Under the pieces are notes generated by a model. That model did no database searches and had not been told where the DNA came from. It saw only the letters and a program-made list of their open reading frames with translations. This document shows, one piece after another, positions 20,337 through 29,442 of a stretch of 64,000 nucleotides of DNA. The DNA lies in NCBI GenBank assembly GCA_963674755.2, contig CAXXVS010000001.1, forward strand, positions 608,001-672,000, in the 5' to 3' direction. How positions within the stretch are numbered: position 1 is the stretch's first letter; each line of letters begins with the position of its first letter. This DNA comes from Desulfobacterales bacterium (GTDB lineage Bacteria > Desulfobacterota > Desulfobacteria > Desulfobacterales > UBA5852). The position numbers were made by a program, and so were the translations under genes.

Positions 20337-20633
20337 GGCGGTTTACCGCAGCCAGGGCTATGATTTCGATTGGTTCGTTAAAAGGGTTGCCGAATTGCCG
20401 GCGATGGACGTCGGGGACGTTTTAAAACGAGGGCGGTACCCGCAAACCGTCAAAGCCCGCAGCATTCTTTTGTACTGGGTCCACCGCGAGTTGGGTATCC
20501 CCACCACGGAATTGGCCCGGCGAATGAGCCTGTCGCAGCCGGCGGTCAGCCATTCAGTGGCACGGGGAGAAAAGCTTGTCCGCGAAAACGGATATATTTT
20601 GTCGGCTCATTTATAATTATATATGAATGGACC
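20332..20633 (+). pseudogene. 3' fragment of a second Y1 transposase copy with its right end
   Basis: Near-identical direct repeat of 19079-19384 (RKAVYRSQGYDFDW..LSAHL stop, then TTATATATGAATGGAC). Confidence 0.9.
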
Positions 20634-20656
20634 TCCAACGCCTAAAGGCGAAAACT

Positions 20657-22771
20657 TCAGCTGGCGGCCGCCTGGCGGTTACTCCGGCCGACCACATTGG
20701 GGAACATTTCCAGATTGGTATGCGGCAGAAAGAGGGCTGAGGTGAATTCATCCATATAGCGGGGATTGCTGGAGAAATCGATGTAGGTCATGTTGCGGCA
20801 GATCGCCTGGGCCTCCTGGCGGTATTGAGCGGACATCAGGACCATATAGGCCCCGGCAATGGAACTGTTGCCCAAATAGGAAAATTTGGTGCGGTCGATG
20901 TCGGGCAGAAGACCAATCCGAATCGCCTTGTCGATGTTGAGATAATGCCCGAAGCCCCCGGTGATCACCATGCGCTCCACCATGGCAAACTCCAAGCCGG
21001 CCTCGTTTAACAAAGTCGCAAAGCCGGCATATACTGCTCCCTTGCTGTAAATCAGATTTTTCAGATCGGATTCGGTGAAGACGATATCTTCCTTCATCGG
21101 TGTCTGGTCGGCCCGCGCCAGGATGTAGGCCGGTTCGTCATTGACGGTTGTGATCCGGGGATGATGCAGATCGTCGATGAATTTACCGCGGCGGTCGATC
21201 AGGCCGGCTTGCAGGAGTTCCGATATCAGGTCGATCATCCCGGACCCACAGATGCCGCGGGGCGGTTGATCGCTCACGGTGGTGATGACGGGCTCGCGGG
21301 TCGTCGGATCGATGGACACTTTTTCGATGGCCCCGTCTTCCGCCCGCATGCCCCACCGGATGCCGCCCCCCTCGAAGGCCGGGCCGGCGCTGCAGGCGGC
21401 GGTCATCATCCAGTCCTTGTTGCCCAGCACGATCTCCCCGTTGGTGCCCACATCGATAAAAAGGGTCAGGGGCTCCTCACGGTGAATTCCGGTGTAGAGC
21501 ACGCCAGCGACAATGTCGCCCCCCACATAACTGGCCGGTCCCGGCATCACATACACGGCGGCAATCGGATTGGCCTTAAGCCCGATATCGCCGGCCTTGA
21601 GAATCGGGAATTCCGTTACGGTGGGGATATAGGGCTCCCGGCGGATGTAGCGCGGTTCGATCTCCAGCAGCAGGTGGGCCATGGTCGTGTTGCCCGATAC
21701 CACCGCGTTTTTGACATCCTCGGCCCGGGCTCCGGCACTGTCCAGGGCTTCTTCGATCAAATTATTGATGGTCGCCAGCGCCATGCGGCTGAGCTTCCGG
21801 ACGCCGTCTTTCTCGGCGCACACCATGCGGTTGATCACATCATCGCCGCAGGCGGCCTGCCGGTTGTGGCCGGAGGCGGCCGCCAAGATGGTGCCGTTGG
21901 TCATATCCACCAGATAGACCACGATGGAGGTCGTCCCCACATCGATGGCCAGACCCAAGGAGGGGGCACCACCGTTGCCCGGGTAGACGGCCAGAATTTC
22001 ATTGGAGCATTTGCCCGGCATCACGGCTACCGTCACTTTCCAGTTTTCCTCACGCACCGCGGCCGCGAGTTGCCGCATGACCGGGAGGCCGACATTGAGC
22101 CGGTCGATGTCGAGGTTTTCTTTCTTCACCCCCCGTTTTAGGCGGTCCAGATCACTCACGGCGTCTTCCAGTGTCGGCGGATCCAGCATCAGCAAAATCT
22201 CTTTGAGCATCGGTTCCGGCGACGGCACGAGTCCCTTGAGCCGGGCCGTGGCTTCCTGTCCCATACCAGCCACTTTGAGTTTGTGCTGCAAGGCCTCTTC
22301 CGGAATGCGCACGGTGACATCACCTGACACCTTGCTCAGGCAAGCCAGGACATACCCTTTGTCTTTTTCGCTATCGGTCAGAAGAGCCGTCGACGGCGCG
22401 TCAACGCGGCCGGACGTAACCACCAGCCGACACTTGCCGCAGGCCCCTTTGCCGTTGCAGGAAGCGTTGATATGCACACCGGCCAATCGGGCGGCTTTCA
22501 ATAGCGTGGTCCCTTCAGGCACGTGGATTTCCTTGCCATCGGGTCCAAAAACAACGCGATGTTCAGGAGGGGTATCCCTGGCCGCCGCGGGTGCTAAGTC
22601 GGCATCCAGACCTTCTTTTTTCTTGGTCATGAACCATATGGGGCAGGATTCCCGAAACTTGCAGTAAAGCTCCGGGCCCCGGCATTGAAGGCATTCGTCA
22701 CACAGGTAGATGTTGTGCTTCATGCAAAGATAGCTGGTTTCGCGCTCCGGGTGGTTGATACAGGTTCCCAT
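20657..22771 (-). CDS. ASKHA-type ATP-dependent corrinoid reductive activator (RACo/DUF4445) with 2Fe-2S domain
   Basis: CNGKGACGKC..LAC ferredoxin; IDVGTT, YVGGD, IDVGTNGE, SAGPAFEG, GICGSG. Confidence 0.92.
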   Translation of the reverse strand: MGTCINHPERETSYLCMKHNIYLCDECLQCRGPELYCKFRESCPIWFMTKKKEGLDADLAPAAARDTPPEHRVVFGPDGKEIHVPEGTTLLKAARLAGVHINASCNGKGACGKCRLVVTSGRVDAPSTALLTDSEKDKGYVLACLSKVSGDVTVRIPEEALQHKLKVAGMGQEATARLKGLVPSPEPMLKEILLMLDPPTLEDAVSDLDRLKRGVKKENLDIDRLNVGLPVMRQLAAAVREENWKVTVAVMPGKCSNEILAVYPGNGGAPSLGLAIDVGTTSIVVYLVDMTNGTILAAASGHNRQAACGDDVINRMVCAEKDGVRKLSRMALATINNLIEEALDSAGARAEDVKNAVVSGNTTMAHLLLEIEPRYIRREPYIPTVTEFPILKAGDIGLKANPIAAVYVMPGPASYVGGDIVAGVLYTGIHREEPLTLFIDVGTNGEIVLGNKDWMMTAACSAGPAFEGGGIRWGMRAEDGAIEKVSIDPTTREPVITTVSDQPPRGICGSGMIDLISELLQAGLIDRRGKFIDDLHHPRITTVNDEPAYILARADQTPMKEDIVFTESDLKNLIYSKGAVYAGFATLLNEAGLEFAMVERMVITGGFGHYLNIDKAIRIGLLPDIDRTKFSYLGNSSIAGAYMVLMSAQYRQEAQAICRNMTYIDFSSNPRYMDEFTSALFLPHTNLEMFPNVVGRSNRQAAAS

Positions 22772-22905
22772 TCCGATTCCTTTTCGGTTGCTCTAGCAGA
22801 TGGGCCGTATGACGTGACGGACCTAACCGCCCAGGATGATATTTATAGTGTTGGGGTTCCATTTTTTTTTGACGTATTCAGCACCGTCGTCCTGTCTTGA
22901 GCCAG

Positions 22906-23226
22906 TCAAGCCAATACCTGATCCATGGCCTGTTTGAGGGTTTCCGCTTTCTGCAGTCCCACAAACCGGCCAACTTCCAGACCATCCTTAAAGATGATCA
23001 AGGTGGGAATGCTTTGAATCCCCAGGTTCAAAGCGACATCCGAGTTGTTGTCAATATTCATCGTGGCGATATCCGCCTTGCCATTGTACCTCTCGCCCAC
23101 CTCATTGAGAATCGGCGCCTGCGCGCGACATGGCGCGCACCAGGGCGCATTGAAGTCAACCAGCGTCACCCCCTGCTGAATTATTTTCTCCAAATCACTA
23201 CGGCCGTTCAATTCCTTTTCAGCCAT
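22906..23226 (-). CDS. trxA: Thioredoxin
   Basis: VDFNAPWCAPC, IQSIPTL. Confidence 0.95.
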   Translation of the reverse strand: MAEKELNGRSDLEKIIQQGVTLVDFNAPWCAPCRAQAPILNEVGERYNGKADIATMNIDNNSDVALNLGIQSIPTLIIFKDGLEVGRFVGLQKAETLKQAMDQVLA

Positions 23227-23320
23227 CGCCCTTCTCCCACATCGCTTCTCGTTAGTCGAAGGCCGCTATCGCACGACAGCGGCCTTGGGTTTTGCTTTCC
23301 ACAACGAAAGCCCATCTTTT

Positions 23321-23638
23321 TCAACCACCGAAATTTCCCGCTCCGAGACCCCGCATCGCTTGGTCGGTGTTGACGCGAAGGGTCGAAATGGCAGCATCGA
23401 AAGCTTTGCGTTCCGTCAGGATATCGTCCATACAGGTCTCGGGGCGGCAATTCTCCTTGATCTGCTCGATCCGGTCGTCCATTTCACCGATCAGTATATG
23501 CAGATCTTCGATGTTGGGCCGAATCTTCTCCCTTTCGCCACCCGGCAATTGTTCCATTTTACGGGTGATGTCGTAAACAATCGCCTTCCATGCGGTCAGT
23601 TCCATCTCCATTGTTTTGCAGCAGTTTTTGGCTAGCAT
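23321..23638 (-). CDS. Hypothetical helical protein, first gene after a sigma54 promoter
   Basis: AAGGAGGAG RBS; 105 aa with NCC..ELTAWKA..YD; coiled-coil character. Confidence 0.75.
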   Translation of the reverse strand: MLAKNCCKTMEMELTAWKAIVYDITRKMEQLPGGEREKIRPNIEDLHILIGEMDDRIEQIKENCRPETCMDDILTERKAFDAAISTLRVNTDQAMRGLGAGNFGG

Positions 23639-23724
23639 GATGTTCTCCTCCTTTTGGGGTTCATGGTCATCGTCGGCTGCATCGCATTAGATCCGATGCA
23701 ATAACGATCTTTAAGAACCTTTAT

Positions 23725-23740
23725 TACAATATCGATGCCA
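23725..23740 (-). promoter_or_regulatory. Sigma54 -24/-12 promoter (variant -12)
   Basis: Minus strand TGGCATCGATATTGTA, with an AT-rich tract upstream. Confidence 0.7.
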
Positions 23741-23853
23741 AGCCGGAGCATTTAACACCGCCGCCAAATATTTTTTAACTATTCGATATAATTATAAATA
23801 TAGAAATTGTGAAACCGACCACATGATTTAGAGAAACCATTACTTTAAGATTG

Positions 23854-23900
23854 CGTTACCCAAGGTAACGATACGGGACCAAAAGTAACGGTGAGTAACG
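23854..23900. promoter_or_regulatory. Candidate upstream activator sequence
   Basis: CGTTACC-CAA-GGTAACG palindrome plus GTAACG at 23885 and 23895. Confidence 0.6.
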
Positions 23901-24188
23901 GATCAGGCCGGCGGAGGCGGCCGGCGGGGGGGCGATCAGTTCGAACCCGAATTTTGTTGGGTCAAAAGGGAATTCGCGTTGGCATGCGCGAAGCCGACCG
24001 CCGCAGAATCCCATGACCACCCCATCGGACGGGTGGTCATGAATCCTGTTAGGACTTCGAGTGTAATGAAGTCGACGGGGATGACGCTGGATTTTGGCTC
24101 GGGTACCCGAGGCGGCGACGGTTGCCGAAGCGCGCCTGGGCCGCACCAAACGCCCTTGCCGGGCGGGCGACCCAACACGATGCACGAT

Positions 24189-25538
24189 TTAATTGTTGCG
24201 AAGTCGGCTAAAATTGCGTGCGGCATCCCCGGTGGCAAATGTGTAGATATTATCGGAAGGCTTGGCCGCCAGTTCCGGATGGGTGCAGTACTGGTAGCGG
24301 CCAAGATCATCCATGGTGGCCCCCATTTGAATGGCCAAGGAGATAAAGTCAACCGCTTGGGCGGCGCAGCTTCCTTTCTGCATAACGCTGCCGCCAATCA
24401 ACCGTTTATCCTCACGATTAAAGACCAGCTTGGTCCGGATGGGCTGAACCGCGTCCATCATCGGGTATTTATTCGGGACCTCGGACCAGCCCGTCACCAC
24501 ATCCAGCCCGGCATCCCTGGCCATCTGTTCGGTCAGCCCGGCCGATCCCAGACTCAGGTCATAGACGGTCGTGGCGTTGGCGTTGATGACGCCGGGAAAC
24601 TCGACGGGGTCGCCAAGGATATTGCGGGCAACGACTTTGGCCATAAATACCGCGTTGGTTCCGAATTCCCCCCGGGTCGGCTGCCGGGTGACATAGGACC
24701 ATTTTTCAGTACAGTCGCCGCAGGTGTAAACGTTATCGGCCGTGGTCCGCAGATGCGCATCGGCGCAAATTCCCGCCCGGCTGATTTTGATCCCGGCCTG
24801 CTCGGCCAGCTCGGTTTCAAGGGCAACCCCGGCCGAAAGAACGACAAAATCAGCGGAAAGCGAATCGCCGCTTGCCAGGCGTATCCTTACGCGTTTGTCC
24901 GGCTGGTGTTCAAATGCCGCCACCTTTTCACGCGTCAACACACGAATGCCGTTGGCCGACAGCGTATCTTCCACATGATCGATAAATTCCGGTTCGGTGG
25001 TGGCCATCAGGATTCGAGGCAGCATTTCCAGGACGGTCACATCGAGTCCCATCTGCTTCAACACAACGGATACTTCGATGCCGATGTATCCGCCGCCGAC
25101 AACGACCACGTTTTGGCCTTTGGACGCAAAATCACGCAGTGCCGCCAGATCCTCGATTGACCGCACCGATGTGATCGCCTCCCCATCGATCCCGGGAATC
25201 GGCGGGACAACGGGACGGGCACCGGTGGCCAGTACCAAATGGGTATATCGATACATTTCGCCACCGCGTGTATGCACCTGCTTTTGCGCGGTGTCGATTT
25301 TCGTCACCCGGTCCACTACCAATTCAGCGCCGAAGTCGGTTACCAACTGGTTGGGAATCTGGAATTTTTCGATTCGCTTGCTTTGTGGAATTCCATACGG
25401 AATGGCACAGCGGTTCGCATTGGTGGCTTCATCTTTGATCAAGGTCACCGACATCTTGCGACCGGAAGCATGTAGCATATGAACAATGGTGCGGCCGGCC
25501 GGTCCTCCGCCGACGATGACGACATCGCGATCTTCCAT
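24189..25538 (-). CDS. FAD-dependent pyridine nucleotide-disulfide oxidoreductase (NADH oxidase / CoA-disulfide reductase family)
   Basis: GGGPAG, NRCAIPY redox Cys, LATGA, GGGYIG, TCGD, dimerisation domain. Confidence 0.92.
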   Translation of the reverse strand: MEDRDVVIVGGGPAGRTIVHMLHASGRKMSVTLIKDEATNANRCAIPYGIPQSKRIEKFQIPNQLVTDFGAELVVDRVTKIDTAQKQVHTRGGEMYRYTHLVLATGARPVVPPIPGIDGEAITSVRSIEDLAALRDFASKGQNVVVVGGGYIGIEVSVVLKQMGLDVTVLEMLPRILMATTEPEFIDHVEDTLSANGIRVLTREKVAAFEHQPDKRVRIRLASGDSLSADFVVLSAGVALETELAEQAGIKISRAGICADAHLRTTADNVYTCGDCTEKWSYVTRQPTRGEFGTNAVFMAKVVARNILGDPVEFPGVINANATTVYDLSLGSAGLTEQMARDAGLDVVTGWSEVPNKYPMMDAVQPIRTKLVFNREDKRLIGGSVMQKGSCAAQAVDFISLAIQMGATMDDLGRYQYCTHPELAAKPSDNIYTFATGDAARNFSRLRNN

Positions 25539-25685
25539 TCCAAATCTCCTTGTTACTTGTCTGGATCGGTAAGCGCTTTAAACCCTGCTGCCGTTGAATC
25601 CTCCCCGACCGCAGGTGGTGCGCAAATACGTCCGTGGCTGCCGAAGAAAGGCCATCTCCGCCCATGTATCGTTCGGCAACAGACT

Positions 25686-25997
25686 TTAACCGGTGCATCC
25701 CCCGCCGGCACACCCCGAAGTTCCGCTCTCCGGTTTCGAGCGGCCGGTTACCTTCAATCCCACAGGGGTATAGTCGATCGTCAGGGGCTGGATGCGATCC
25801 AGCAAATCGCGATCGACTAGATAATCAAACCCGCCCACAACAAATGTGACATCGGTTTCCTTGGGCTCATCCAGAGCCAAACCGAACTCGGGCGGGCCTC
25901 ACCCGCCGGTATCCAAAATGATGCGAATCGGAGAAATCGTGCGACTATGAAAATAGTCGGCAATGCGCTGCTGGGCCAATGGGCTGACGTGAAGCAT
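25686..25997 (-). CDS. HesB/IscA-like selenoprotein (in-frame TGA at codon 33)
   Basis: AAGGAG then ATG 25997: MLHVSPLAQQRIADYF..PIRIILDTGG-TGA-GPPEFGLALDEP..GCAGGGC; TGA at 25899-25901 followed by a GGCTC-TGGAT-GAGCC hairpin. Confidence 0.88.
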
Positions 25998-26128
25998 AGC
26001 GATCTCCTTTTACGATTCGTTGGGGCGTGTGCCTGCCAGGCAGACTGATCGTCAATAAAATGGCCCCGATGCGATCGGCCTTCGCAGGCGAAATATCCAA
26101 AGCCCCGGCTGTTTGCCCGCTGCGAGGT

Positions 26129-26464
26129 CTAGGACGCCCACGCGTGCGCTTCGTCCATGCAATCGCTGCAACCGATGTCAAGGTAATGGTGCACACGTCC
26201 CAGAAACTGCTCGAAAGCCATCATCCACCGGGCTTCATCACGGCATTGGGCGGCGACCGACCCGGTCAAAAAGGTGGCGAACCGTATGGCATATTGCTTG
26301 TCGCTTTCGATGGCGGACGCCTTGGCGGCAGCCATGCGACAGGCCAGATGGGCAATCTTGCGGGCGCCCTCGGAATCCAGGGCAATGGTTTCGGCACTGA
26401 ACGGCAGTCGGAACAATGCCTGCCCCGCGTTCTCCCGGACAGCTTGTTGTGCTTCTTGTTCCAT
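26129..26464 (-). CDS. Hypothetical protein
   Basis: 111-aa ORF in operon position; C-terminal HHYLDIGCSDC. Confidence 0.55.
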   Translation of the reverse strand: MEQEAQQAVRENAGQALFRLPFSAETIALDSEGARKIAHLACRMAAAKASAIESDKQYAIRFATFLTGSVAAQCRDEARWMMAFEQFLGRVHHYLDIGCSDCMDEAHAWAS

Positions 26465-26490
26465 GATGAGTTTCCCCGTTAAATGCGGTT

Positions 26491-28140
26491 CTATGAAAAA
26501 ATCGATACCGCCGACAAAGGATGCAGGGCCGCGCGTTTATCCCGTGCGGCGGGCCTGTCCGCTTCCCCCGGGAGGCGGACGACCATCACCGGCCGGGAGC
26601 TTTGGCGGATCACATCCTGGGTGGTGCTCCCGACCATTTTCTCCTCGAATTTCCCGTGGCCGTGGGTGCCCATGATGATAAGGTCGAATTCCCCCTCCTC
26701 GGCGGCGGCCAGAATCTGCTGCGCCGGATGGCCGACCTTGACGATCACCTTGTCGTCGCTCAGGGGACAGGCAGGCATATCCTTCCGCACCTGGCGCGAC
26801 GTTTCACTGATGCGCCGGTGAATGGCCTCCCGCGCCCGGGCCAAACCGTCACTATGGAAGGTCTGCCAGGCCTCCTTGCCCATATGATCCGCCAGGTTGA
26901 TGCCGGCTTCGGCCGAAAGGGTCTGAATGACATCGGGGATCACATGCAGCAGGGTGACCTCGGCCTGATAGGTGTGGCCCAGGCCACAGGCATAGCGCGC
27001 GGCATGGCGGGCCGTCTGCGAGAGATCCGTCACGTAAAGAATTTTTTGGAATTGCGGCACAAGCGGACGCTTGCGCTGTGGTTTCCTGGGCGGCATGGGG
27101 GGGAGGCTGGCCATCGGGGCGCGGGTCCCTTCGCCGGCCGGCACCGGTTGCGACAGGGCTCCGGCCGCGGTCTTCCCGAAGATCCAGTCCACCGCCCGGA
27201 CATACCAGGCGGCCGACTGGATCTGGATGACATAGGCCAGGGCGATCAGCAGGGCGATGGTCAGCCCCGCCTGGCCAAAGGCCGTCATGGCAATCGCCAG
27301 GGCAATCGACAAATCCCGCATGACGACCCCGAAGACCATGGCCACCGCATCCTCCCGGGTGAAAAAGAGGCGGCCGACAAGAGACAGCAACCCGTAGGAA
27401 AGGATGTAAAAAACCGCCAGAGGGATGAGAATCGCAACAATGTCAGCGGGATTGGCGATGATGGCCTTGGCTTTGAGGGCCATGGCCAAAAAGGCGATCA
27501 GCGTCACGCCCAGAGCGGAAAACGGGGGAAATTTCGGTTTGAGGCGTTGATGCCAGACCTGGGCTCCGAAGCGTTTCTTCGCGGCAACCTGGGTCAGAAG
27601 CCCGGCGGCCAAGGGCACGAACACGAACAGAACGATCTGGCGGAACATGTGGAGCATATCCACATTAACGGTGGCTCCCATGAAAACCTTGGTGTAGACG
27701 GGGGCCGCCAGGGCGCCCAGCACCAGGCCGAAGACCACCATCTTGATGGCGGCCTCCTTGTTGCCCTTGGCAAAGCCGGTCCAGGAAATGGTCATGCCCG
27801 AGGTCGGCAGCACACCGATTAAAAACAGGCCCACGGCCCACAGCCCGAATTTTTCCGCAGCACCATTCAAAAACAGCTTGCCCGTATAAAAAGCCAGCAG
27901 CGGGATCAGGACAAAATTGATCAGCTGGGTGGTCGCCTGTAGTTTGAGATCGTGCCCCTTGAATATACTTTGAACGTTCAGGGTCACCATCATGGGGTAG
28001 ACCATGATGAAGGTCACCGGAATGATAAAGCGCTTGAGCGGGCCGGCATCGAAAAAATAACCGAACAGCAGACCGCCGGCCATGGAAATAGGAATGGACC
28101 AGACCAGATTCTTTTGCAAAAACGACAGGGTTTTCAGCAT
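26491..28140 (-). CDS. Acr3/SBF-family transporter fused to a universal stress protein domain
   Basis: MVYPMM, LPTSGMTISWTGFAKGN, RDLSIALAIA, multiple TM helices; tail KILYVTDLS..IIMGTHG..VGST..PVMVV; ATG 28140 behind AAGGAG. Confidence 0.88.
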   Translation of the reverse strand: MLKTLSFLQKNLVWSIPISMAGGLLFGYFFDAGPLKRFIIPVTFIMVYPMMVTLNVQSIFKGHDLKLQATTQLINFVLIPLLAFYTGKLFLNGAAEKFGLWAVGLFLIGVLPTSGMTISWTGFAKGNKEAAIKMVVFGLVLGALAAPVYTKVFMGATVNVDMLHMFRQIVLFVFVPLAAGLLTQVAAKKRFGAQVWHQRLKPKFPPFSALGVTLIAFLAMALKAKAIIANPADIVAILIPLAVFYILSYGLLSLVGRLFFTREDAVAMVFGVVMRDLSIALAIAMTAFGQAGLTIALLIALAYVIQIQSAAWYVRAVDWIFGKTAAGALSQPVPAGEGTRAPMASLPPMPPRKPQRKRPLVPQFQKILYVTDLSQTARHAARYACGLGHTYQAEVTLLHVIPDVIQTLSAEAGINLADHMGKEAWQTFHSDGLARAREAIHRRISETSRQVRKDMPACPLSDDKVIVKVGHPAQQILAAAEEGEFDLIIMGTHGHGKFEEKMVGSTTQDVIRQSSRPVMVVRLPGEADRPAARDKRAALHPLSAVSIFS

Positions 28141-28229
28141 GCGATTCTCCTTATCCCGGCCCCCTTGACCAGGGACCGCACGCAGCGCCGTATGAACCAT
28201 GGGGGGGCACTTAACGGCACATCCGGTAT

Positions 28230-29210
28230 TTACGCTGGTATGCTTTCCAGAGGGACGGCCACTGCCCGGGGCGGTTGATCGACCGGGAAGCAATTCTCGA
28301 TATAATGTTCGGCCCCCACGGCGGCGATGGCGGCATCGCCCACCGCCGTGGCCACCTGCCGCAACGGGGTCACCCGCACGTCGCCGGCGGCAAACACCCC
28401 CGGCACCGTCGTCTCGAGATTGTGATCCGTAACGACAAAGCCATTGGGATCAAGCAGGAGGCTGCCCTTGAGAAACCCGCTGTTGGGCAGAATACCGATC
28501 CAGATGAAACAACCGTCGGCTTGAAGGGTCCGGGTGCGGTCGGTTTTGAGATGGCGGACGGTCACCGCTTCGACGTTGAAAAGGCCGCTGATTTCTTCCG
28601 GCACGGAATTCCACAAAATTTCGATATTGGGCGTCCTTAAGAGGCGCTCCTGAAGGATTTTCGCGGCCCTCAGGCGATCGCGGCGGTGGACCAGGTAGAC
28701 TTTACGGGCGAACTTGGCCAGATAGAGACTCTCCTGCACGGCCGTATCACCGCCCCCCACGGCCACGGCTACCCGATCTTTGTAAAAGGGTGCATCACAG
28801 GTGGCGCAGGTGGAAACGCCTTTGCCGAAAAATCGCTTTTCGCCGGGAATGCCCAGTTTACGCGGGCGGGCTCCGCTGGCGATGATAATGCTGCGGGCGG
28901 TGATGGTTTTGCCGGTGAGCTGCAGCTGCTTGACCGGTCGGGAGAGATCCACGGAAAGGACTTCGTTGATCTCGTTGCGCAGATCGAATTTACGGGCCTG
29001 CTCGCGCATTTTTTGCACCAGATCGGCGCCCGTGAGTCCTTCGGGAAATCCCGGATAGTTCTCCATCCAGTCCGTCAGCAGAATCTGCCCCCCCGGAACG
29101 GCCTTCTCTATCATCACGGTTTTCAGCCTCGCCCGTGAGGCATACATGCCGGCGGTAAGACCAGCCGGCCCGCCGCCAACAATGACCACATCGTAATCGG
29201 CGTTTTGCAT
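28230..29210 (-). CDS. trxB: Thioredoxin reductase
   Basis: GGGPAGLTAG, ENYPGF, GVSTCATCD, GGGDTA, FAAGD; start at ATG 29210. Confidence 0.96.
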   Translation of the reverse strand: MQNADYDVVIVGGGPAGLTAGMYASRARLKTVMIEKAVPGGQILLTDWMENYPGFPEGLTGADLVQKMREQARKFDLRNEINEVLSVDLSRPVKQLQLTGKTITARSIIIASGARPRKLGIPGEKRFFGKGVSTCATCDAPFYKDRVAVAVGGGDTAVQESLYLAKFARKVYLVHRRDRLRAAKILQERLLRTPNIEILWNSVPEEISGLFNVEAVTVRHLKTDRTRTLQADGCFIWIGILPNSGFLKGSLLLDPNGFVVTDHNLETTVPGVFAAGDVRVTPLRQVATAVGDAAIAAVGAEHYIENCFPVDQPPRAVAVPLESIPA

Positions 29211-29287
29211 CGTTTTCTCCCTTAGGAAAAGGGCCAACCCGCCGCATGCCGGCGTCGGCCTGTTACAGGAATACCGGCAACCGTCTT

Positions 29288-29303
29288 TACACGTTTCATG
29301 CCA
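29288..29303 (-). promoter_or_regulatory. Sigma54 -24/-12 promoter (variant -12) for the trxB operon
   Basis: Minus strand TGGCATGAAACGTGTA. Confidence 0.6.
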
Positions 29304-29387
29304 TTGGCCTGAAATTCTATAACCGGTTGTATTTAATTGAATTATATAGATATTGACAATATAGGGAATCAACTGTACAGCTGATAC

Positions 29388-29414
29388 GTAACGGCAGATA
29401 ACGTTAAGGTAACG
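29388..29414. promoter_or_regulatory. Candidate upstream activator sequence
   Basis: GTAACG (29388), ATAACG (29398), GTAACG (29409) in helical phase. Confidence 0.55.
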
Positions 29415-29442
29415 CCATTCGCTCGACAAGGAACGATACCCC

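Noticed and set aside
15073..20640. Classical integrase-driven island with a tRNA 3'-end duplication
   Set aside because: No tyrosine or serine integrase, and I saw no second copy of the tRNA 3' end in the window
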